This document shows, in pieces, positions 1 through 4,631 of a stretch of DNA of 4,631 nucleotides. Position 1 is the stretch's first letter. Every line of letters starts with the position of its first letter. The notes under the pieces were generated by a model that worked only from the letters and a program-made list of their open reading frames with translations, made no database searches and was not told the origin of the DNA. Where the stretch lies: the IMG/VR virus record IMGVR_UViG_2693429642_000016; one strand, given 5' to 3'. Origin of the DNA: a virus. Its lineage: Duplodnaviria; Heunggongvirae; Uroviricota; Caudoviricetes. Both the position numbers and the translations under genes were made by a program.

Positions 1-46
1 ATATCCGACTTCTGTACGGAATGGCAAGTGGCGGTTAATTTATTCA

Positions 47-54
47 GGGGAAGG
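47..54 (+). promoter_or_regulatory. Shine-Dalgarno / ribosome-binding site for J
   Basis: Seen in sequence: purine-rich GGGGAAGG at 47..54, with a 4-nt spacer before the ATG at 59. Confidence 0.5.
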
Positions 55-58
55 CTGT

Positions 59-3000
59 ATGGGAAAAGGTGGCGGTAAGGCACACACGCCTCGTGAGGCG
101 AAGGATAATCTCAAATCCACGCAGATGATGAGCGTGATTGATGCGATTGGTGAGGGACCCATTGAAGGTCCGGTGAAAGGCCTGCAGAGTATTCTGGTGA
201 ACAAAACCCCGCTGACGGACACGGACGGTAATCCCGTGATACACGGTGTGACCGCGGTCTGGCGCGCCGGGGAGCAGGAGCAGACACCACCGGAAGGCTT
301 TGAGTCCTCCGGAGCTGAAACTGTACTGGGTGTGGAAGTGACGAAGGCAAAACCGGTGACACGCACCATTACGTCAGCGAACATTGACCGCCTGCGGGTG
401 ACCTTCGGGGTGCAGTCACTGGTGGAGACCACCTCAAAGGGTGACCGTAACCCGACGTCTGTCCGCCTGCTGATTCAGCTTGAGCGTGGTGGTAAATGGA
501 TGACGGAAAAGGATGTCACCATTAACGGCAAGACCACCTCGCAGTTCCTGGCGTCGGTGATTCTGGATAATCTGCCGCCCCGGCCCTTTAACATCCGGAT
601 GGTCAGGGAGACGGCGGACAGCACCACGGACCAGCTGCAGAATAAGACGCTCTGGTCGTCATACACCGAAATCATCGATGTGAAACAGTGCTACCCGAAC
701 ACGGCCATTGTGGGGCTGCAGGTGGATGCGGAGCAGTTCGGCGGCCAGCAGATGACGGTGAACTACCATATCCGCGGTCGCATCATCCAGGTGCCGTCAA
801 ACTATGACCCGGAAAAACGCACGTACAGTGGTATCTGGGACGGCAGTCTGAAACCGGCATACAGCAACAACCCGGCCTGGTGTCTGTGGGACATGCTGAC
901 TCACCCGCGCTACGGGATGGGAAAACGTCTGGGGGCGGCGGATGTGGACAAGTGGGCGCTGTATGCCATCGGGCAGTACTGCGACCAGACGGTCCCGGAT
1001 GGTTTCGGGGGCACAGAGCCGCGGATGACCTTTAATGCGTACCTGGCACAACAGCGTAAGGCGTGGGACGTTCTCAGTGATTTCTGCTCGGCGATGCGCT
1101 GTATGCCGGTATGGAACGGCCAGACGCTGACGTTCGTTCAGGACCGCACGTCGGATGTGGTGTGGCCGTACACCAACAGCGATGTGGTGGTGGATGATAA
1201 CGGCGTGGGGTTCCGCTACAGCTTCAGTGCCCTGAAGGACCGGCACACGGCGGTGGAGGTGAATTACACCGACCCGCAGAACGGCTGGCAGACCTCCACG
1301 GAACTGGTGGAAGACCCGGAAGCCATACTGCGCTACGGACGCAACCTGCTGAAGATGGATGCGTTCGGCTGCACCAGTCGCGGTCAGGCCCACCGTGCCG
1401 GGCTGTGGGTGATAAAGACAGAACTGCTGGAAACGCAGACGGTGGATTTCACACTCGGGTCACAGGGGCTGCGGCACACACCCGGTGACATCATTGAAAT
1501 CTGTGATAACGACTATGCCGGAACCCTGACCGGCGGACGTGTCCTGTCCATTGATGCTGCCACCCGCACCCTGACGCTGGACCGTGAAGTGACACTTCCG
1601 GGGACAGGTACATCGACGGTGAACCTGATTAACGGCAGCGGTAAGCCGGTGAGTGTGGACATCACCGCACACCCCGCGCCGGACCGGATACAGGTCAGTA
1701 CCCTGCCTGATGGTGTGGAGACATACGGGGTGTGGGGACTCTCCCTGCCGTCACTGCGCCGTCGCCTGTTCCGCTGTGTCTCCATCCGGGAAAACACGGA
1801 CGGCACCTTTGCCATCACGGCAGTGCAGCACGTACCGGAAAAAGAAGCCATTGTGGATAACGGAGCCCGCTTTGAGCCGCAGTCAGGCACCCTGAACAGC
1901 GTTATCCCACCGGCAGTGCAGCACCTGACGGTGGAGGTGAGCGCAGCTGACGGCCAGTATCTGGCGCTGGCGAAATGGGACACGCCGCGGGTGGTGAAGG
2001 GCGTGCGCTTCAGTCTGCGCCTGACCAGTGGAAGCGGTGAGAACAGCCGCCTGCTGACCACCGCCATCACTGCCGATACGGAGCACCGTTTCAGTGGCCT
2101 GCCTCTCGGGGAATACACCCTGACGGTCAGGGCGATTAACAGCTATGGCCAGCAGGGCGAACCCGCCACCACCACGTTCCGGATTAACGCACCGGCAGCG
2201 CCTGCCGGTGTTGAACTGACGCCGGGGTATTTTCAGATAACGGCGGTACCGCGTCTTGCGGTGTATGACCCGACGGTGCAGTTTGAGTTCTGGTTTTCGG
2301 AGGCAAAAATTGCAGACGCCGCACAGGTGGAAACCTCTGCCCGTTATCTGGGGACCGGCAGTCAGTGGAGTGTCTCCGGTCCGCACATTAAGCCCGGAAA
2401 GGATTTCTGGTTTTATGTGCGCAGCGTCAACCTGGTGGGTAAATCTGCTTTTGTGGAAGCCAGTGGACGGGCGAGCAATGATGCTGCGGGCTATCTGGAA
2501 CTTTTCCGGGAAAAGATAGGAAAACTGCATCTGGCAGAGGCGCTGTGGGCAGAGATTGACAACAGTCAGCTGAAGGACGAGATGGCGGAAATGCAGACCA
2601 CCATCACAGAAACCCGCAATGAAATCACACAGACGGTCAGTAAAACGCTGGAGGACCAGAGCGCCACCATACAGCAAATCCAGCGCGTGCAGAAGGACAC
2701 AAATGATGACCTTGCTGCACTTTACATGCTGAAGGTACAGAAAACAAAAAATGGCATACCCTATGTTGCCGGTATTGGAGCGGGGATTGAGGATACTGAT
2801 GGCCAGCCCCTGAGCAACATACTGCTGCTGGCTGACCGTATTGCGATGATTAACCCGGAGGACGGCAACACCACGCCGTTATTTGTGGCGCAGGGGAATC
2901 AGTTGTTCATGAACGATGTGTTCCTGAAGCGGCTGTTTGCGGTGAGTATCACCTCGTCCGGCAATCCCCCTACGTTCTCCCTGACGCCGGAAGGCAGGCT

Positions 3001-3589
3001 GACGGCCCGTAATGCGGATATCAGCGGACATATCAGTGCGAACTCGGGCACGCTGAATAATGTCGTGATAGCGGAGAACTGTACCATCAAAGGTACTCTG
3101 AGAGCGGAAAATATCATTGGCGATGTGGTGAAAACGCACAATGTCAGTCTTCCTGATCTCAGGGCTGCAGGGGAGCACAGACACGCGACAGAACGAACGG
3201 TTACTGTCATTGATGATCAGTCGTTTGACCGGAATATTGTTATCCCGCCGGTTTTTTATTCCGGTATTATCTACAAAGGAAGTGATGGTGACGGTGCGAC
3301 CTCAATCTGTACGCTGACGGTGAGTGTGAATGATCGGGTGGTGTTCAGCAAAACCTCATCCATCGGTACCAGGCGTACGTCAGGGGGATACCCCGTTCAG
3401 GAAGACACCATATATCCCGGGTCATCCACTCCGTTCAGCTATTTCATGAGGATGGCGTCAGGGGGAGGTGATGTCAGGATCAAGTTCCGGATTGAGGTCA
3501 TCTATTATGGAACTGCACCGGGTTTTATGACCACAGGGATACAGATCACAACGATGAAGGCGTCAGCTTCAGGATTTGTGGAAAGTTAA
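59..3589 (+). CDS. J: Tail tip attachment / host specificity protein (lambda gpJ family, central tail fibre), 1176 aa
   Basis: Seen: single uninterrupted ORF, ATG at 59, TAA at 3587..3589. Established knowledge (from memory): N-terminus [22 protein letters not shown]...[15 protein letters not shown] closely matches lambda J ([22 protein letters not shown]...), and collinear similarity continues through most of the protein (e.g. [115 protein letters not shown]). The size is typical of J (lambda J is about 1130 aa). The C-terminal part from about nt 3130 diverges from lambda. Confidence 0.95.
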   Translation: MGKGGGKAHTPREAKDNLKSTQMMSVIDAIGEGPIEGPVKGLQSILVNKTPLTDTDGNPVIHGVTAVWRAGEQEQTPPEGFESSGAETVLGVEVTKAKPVTRTITSANIDRLRVTFGVQSLVETTSKGDRNPTSVRLLIQLERGGKWMTEKDVTINGKTTSQFLASVILDNLPPRPFNIRMVRETADSTTDQLQNKTLWSSYTEIIDVKQCYPNTAIVGLQVDAEQFGGQQMTVNYHIRGRIIQVPSNYDPEKRTYSGIWDGSLKPAYSNNPAWCLWDMLTHPRYGMGKRLGAADVDKWALYAIGQYCDQTVPDGFGGTEPRMTFNAYLAQQRKAWDVLSDFCSAMRCMPVWNGQTLTFVQDRTSDVVWPYTNSDVVVDDNGVGFRYSFSALKDRHTAVEVNYTDPQNGWQTSTELVEDPEAILRYGRNLLKMDAFGCTSRGQAHRAGLWVIKTELLETQTVDFTLGSQGLRHTPGDIIEICDNDYAGTLTGGRVLSIDAATRTLTLDREVTLPGTGTSTVNLINGSGKPVSVDITAHPAPDRIQVSTLPDGVETYGVWGLSLPSLRRRLFRCVSIRENTDGTFAITAVQHVPEKEAIVDNGARFEPQSGTLNSVIPPAVQHLTVEVSAADGQYLALAKWDTPRVVKGVRFSLRLTSGSGENSRLLTTAITADTEHRFSGLPLGEYTLTVRAINSYGQQGEPATTTFRINAPAAPAGVELTPGYFQITAVPRLAVYDPTVQFEFWFSEAKIADAAQVETSARYLGTGSQWSVSGPHIKPGKDFWFYVRSVNLVGKSAFVEASGRASNDAAGYLELFREKIGKLHLAEALWAEIDNSQLKDEMAEMQTTITETRNEITQTVSKTLEDQSATIQQIQRVQKDTNDDLAALYMLKVQKTKNGIPYVAGIGAGIEDTDGQPLSNILLLADRIAMINPEDGNTTPLFVAQGNQLFMNDVFLKRLFAVSITSSGNPPTFSLTPEGRLTARNADISGHISANSGTLNNVVIAENCTIKGTLRAENIIGDVVKTHNVSLPDLRAAGEHRHATERTVTVIDDQSFDRNIVIPPVFYSGIIYKGSDGDGATSICTLTVSVNDRVVFSKTSSIGTRRTSGGYPVQEDTIYPGSSTPFSYFMRMASGGGDVRIKFRIEVIYYGTAPGFMTTGIQITTMKASASGFVES

Positions 3590-3958
3590 TCCCGGACGAT
3601 CGTGATTGCCGGAAGGAGACAAAAACCGCACAGTATGCGCGGGTGCCTTTGGCTGATGGCCGGAGGGAACACCTGAAAGCCTGATGTGAAAAGGCCCCGA
3701 GTCAACTTCAATGTTAACCCGAGGCCCTGATCCGTCTATCTTAAGCAAGTGGCAGGTTAGCGCCTCTCCGTAATAAGGAGCAAGTGCTGTGTCGCAAAAA
3801 CCACCGTGATTTGTATCACTGTAGTGCTCATTATCTGGATCACCCACCGTTCACTGTGTGAATTCCGGTTCCGGATAGCACCTTTTTAATCCTGTAAACC
3901 ACGATTTTTACCGCAGACCGGGAAACCGGCACTGCGGTTTTTTTTATGGGGAAAATCT
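3590..3958 (+). other. Non-coding J-stf spacer (moron-like or decayed-gene region); no credible protein-coding ORF
   Basis: Seen: 369 bp with no + strand ORF of 60 codons or more. The only minus-strand ORF (3569..3847) starts with GTG, has no SD and overlaps the J stop. The spacer contains two consensus AAGGAG motifs (3613..3618, 3775..3780) not followed by substantial ORFs, a TAATAAGGAG motif (3771..3780), and a terminal intrinsic terminator. Established knowledge: lambda carries lom between J and stf. Confidence 0.5.
3911..3945 (+). terminator. Rho-independent (intrinsic) terminator, + strand
   Basis: Seen: GC-rich hairpin CCGCAG-A-CCGG-[GAAA]-CCGG-CA-CTGCGG (3911..3937): 6-bp outer stem, small internal loop, 4-bp inner stem, GAAA tetraloop. 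It is followed immediately by T8 (3938..3945). The reverse complement has no U-tract after the stem, so it is unidirectional on the + strand. Confidence 0.7.
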
Positions 3959-4510
3959 ATGACAGTCAGAATATCGGGCGTGCTGAAGGACGGCACCGGG
4001 AAGCCGGTGCCGGGATGCACCATAGAGCTGAAAGCGCGACGCACCACAGAGACAGTGATAGTCACCACGGTGGCGCAGGGGCAGCCGGGGGAAACCGGCA
4101 GTTACAGTTTTGATGTGGAGCCGGGGTGGTACCGGGTGACGCTGAACACGGAAGGGTACGCCCCGTCGTATGTGGGTGACATTCTGGTGAAGGCGGATTC
4201 TGAGCCGGGAACGCTGAATAAATTTCTGATGGAACAGGATGAGGCGCAGTATTACCCGAAAGCGCTTGCAGAGCTGGAAGCGGTGGCAGCGGAAATCCTG
4301 AAGCGTGCTGAAGCGTCGGCGGCGAGTGCAGAGGAAGCGAAGAAACGGGCAGAGAATGCCCGGGGACCGGCGGGCGAGAAGGGGGACACAGGTCCACAGG
4401 GTGCCACAGGGGCACAGGGACCAGCCGGGGCAACGGGGGCGGTCGGACCAAAAGGTGAGCCGGGGCCATTCATATTTCCTCCGCATGTTGCCCGGGCAAT
4501 TCTAGAGTAG
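3959..4510 (+). CDS. stf: Side tail fibre protein, N-terminal Stf-like domain plus collagen-like repeat; 183 aa, probably truncated or a gene fragment
   Basis: Seen: ATG 3959, TAG 4508..4510, weak purine-rich RBS GGGGAAAA at 3948..3955. Established knowledge (from memory): the N-terminus [28 protein letters not shown] matches lambda Stf ([28 protein letters not shown]), and similarity continues through ...EPGTLNKFL. Inference: 183 aa is far shorter than a full side tail fibre (lambda Stf is 774 aa), and the Gly-X-Y pattern breaks 14 codons before the stop, so this looks like a truncated or joined gene. Confidence 0.8.
   Translation: MTVRISGVLKDGTGKPVPGCTIELKARRTTETVIVTTVAQGQPGETGSYSFDVEPGWYRVTLNTEGYAPSYVGDILVKADSEPGTLNKFLMEQDEAQYYPKALAELEAVAAEILKRAEASAASAEEAKKRAENARGPAGEKGDTGPQGATGAQGPAGATGAVGPKGEPGPFIFPPHVARAILE
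4364..4468 (+). repeat. Collagen-like Gly-X-Y triplet repeat (protein-level) within stf
   Basis: Seen: translation [35 protein letters not shown] has Gly at every third position for about 11 consecutive triplets and is GC-rich. The pattern ends after codon 4466..4468. Confidence 0.8.
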
Positions 4511-4519
4511 CGGGATCAG

Positions 4520-4631
4520 ATGGCAATCGCTTATTGGCAAAATGACAATTTTGTCATTTTCCTGTCACCGGAAAATCAGAGCCTGGCGAGTAAAGTTGGC
4601 AGCATAAAATCACCAGAAATTATGAGCCTAT
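4520..4631 (+). CDS. Hypothetical protein, 5' partial (runs off window end); function unknown
   Basis: Seen: ATG at 4520, open to the window end (MAIAYWQNDNFVIFLSPENQSLASKVGSIKSPEIMSL...), in the same frame as stf and 9 nt after its TAG. No convincing SD (CGGGATCAG upstream). I do not recognise the N-terminus. Only 37 codons are visible, so confidence that it is a real gene is low. Confidence 0.35.
   Translation, partial: MAIAYWQNDNFVIFLSPENQSLASKVGSIKSPEIMSL
4539..4576. repeat. Two overlapping inverted repeats (possible protein-binding site or RNA hairpins)
   Basis: Seen: AAAATGACAA-tt-TTGTCATTTT (4539..4560; 10-bp arms, 2-bp spacer), overlapping ATTTTCC-tgtcacc-GGAAAAT (4556..4576; 7-bp arms, 7-nt loop). 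The symmetry is directly visible; the function is unknown. Confidence 0.5.

Noticed and set aside
1-58. Possible 3' end of the upstream tail assembly gene I (frame-2 ORF ending TAA at 35..37).
   Set aside because: Too little sequence to assess: 12 codons with no recognisable similarity. By analogy with lambda, I would end roughly 60 bp before J, so this may simply be intergenic.
797-2677. Several long minus-strand ORFs (797..1393, 1513..2118, 1883..2677) and an out-of-frame + ORF (1653..1895) inside J.
   Set aside because: They lie entirely within the well-supported J coding region, have Arg/Pro/His-rich compositions typical of antisense or off-frame reads of GC-rich coding DNA, and lack recognisable start contexts.
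3630-3760. tRNA or other structured RNA gene in the spacer.
   Set aside because: No cloverleaf-compatible arms or T-loop consensus (GTTCGAATC-like) could be found by eye, and no convincing long-range stems apart from the terminator hairpin. A covariance-model search would be needed to rule it out fully.
3569-3847. Minus-strand 92-aa ORF spanning the J-stf spacer.
   Set aside because: It starts with GTG and has no SD, overlaps the 3' end of J, and has an odd composition. I see no support for it as a gene.
3889-3914. Din-family invertase (gix/hix-like) crossover site upstream of stf: ATCCTGTAAACC resembles the gix left half-site TTCCTGTAAACC as I remember it.
   Set aside because: Only one half-site matches; the adjacent half is a poor match (about 5/12). 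There is no inverted partner site in the window, and the site lies upstream of the conserved fibre N-terminus rather than inside the fibre gene as in Mu or P1. My recollection of the exact gix sequence is also uncertain. Worth rechecking only if an invertase gene appears downstream.
3944-4486. Minus-strand ORFs antisense to stf (3944..4486, 4062..4469, 4252..4473), the last with a GGAGG 4 nt upstream of its ATG.
   Set aside because: They are antisense to a GC-rich collagen-repeat coding region, which keeps all frames open. The + strand Stf homology explains the region, and the translated products are Pro/Ala/Ser low-complexity sequence.
4491-4510. Adjacent SmaI (CCCGGG) and XbaI (TCTAGA) sites at the stf junction, suggesting a possible cloning or synthetic scar.
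   Set aside because: It does not match standard polylinker or BioBrick scar sequences. Six-cutter sites occur by chance at this density, and the surrounding sequence looks natural.

Overview
This window reads as the distal tail-fibre module of a lambda-like (lambdoid) phage or prophage of an enterobacterial host. One large + strand gene (59..3589, 1176 aa) is a clear homologue of lambda J (tail tip attachment / host specificity protein), with a lambda-like N-terminus and a divergent C-terminal domain. It is followed by a 369-bp spacer with no credible ORF (lambda carries the moron gene lom at this position) that ends in a strong intrinsic terminator directly upstream of the next gene. That gene (3959..4510) encodes a lambda Stf-like side-tail-fibre N-terminal domain followed by collagen-like Gly-X-Y repeats, but stops after only 183 aa at a TAG just past an abrupt change in sequence character. 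Nine nt later, in the same frame, a new ORF of unknown function starts (4520) and runs off the window; its first codons carry overlapping inverted repeats. I see no rRNA, tRNA, CRISPR array, recognisable IS end or defence system here. The points most worth follow-up are the truncated/joined stf junction and the gene-less spacer. All homology statements come from my recollection of lambda J and Stf protein sequences, not from a database search.
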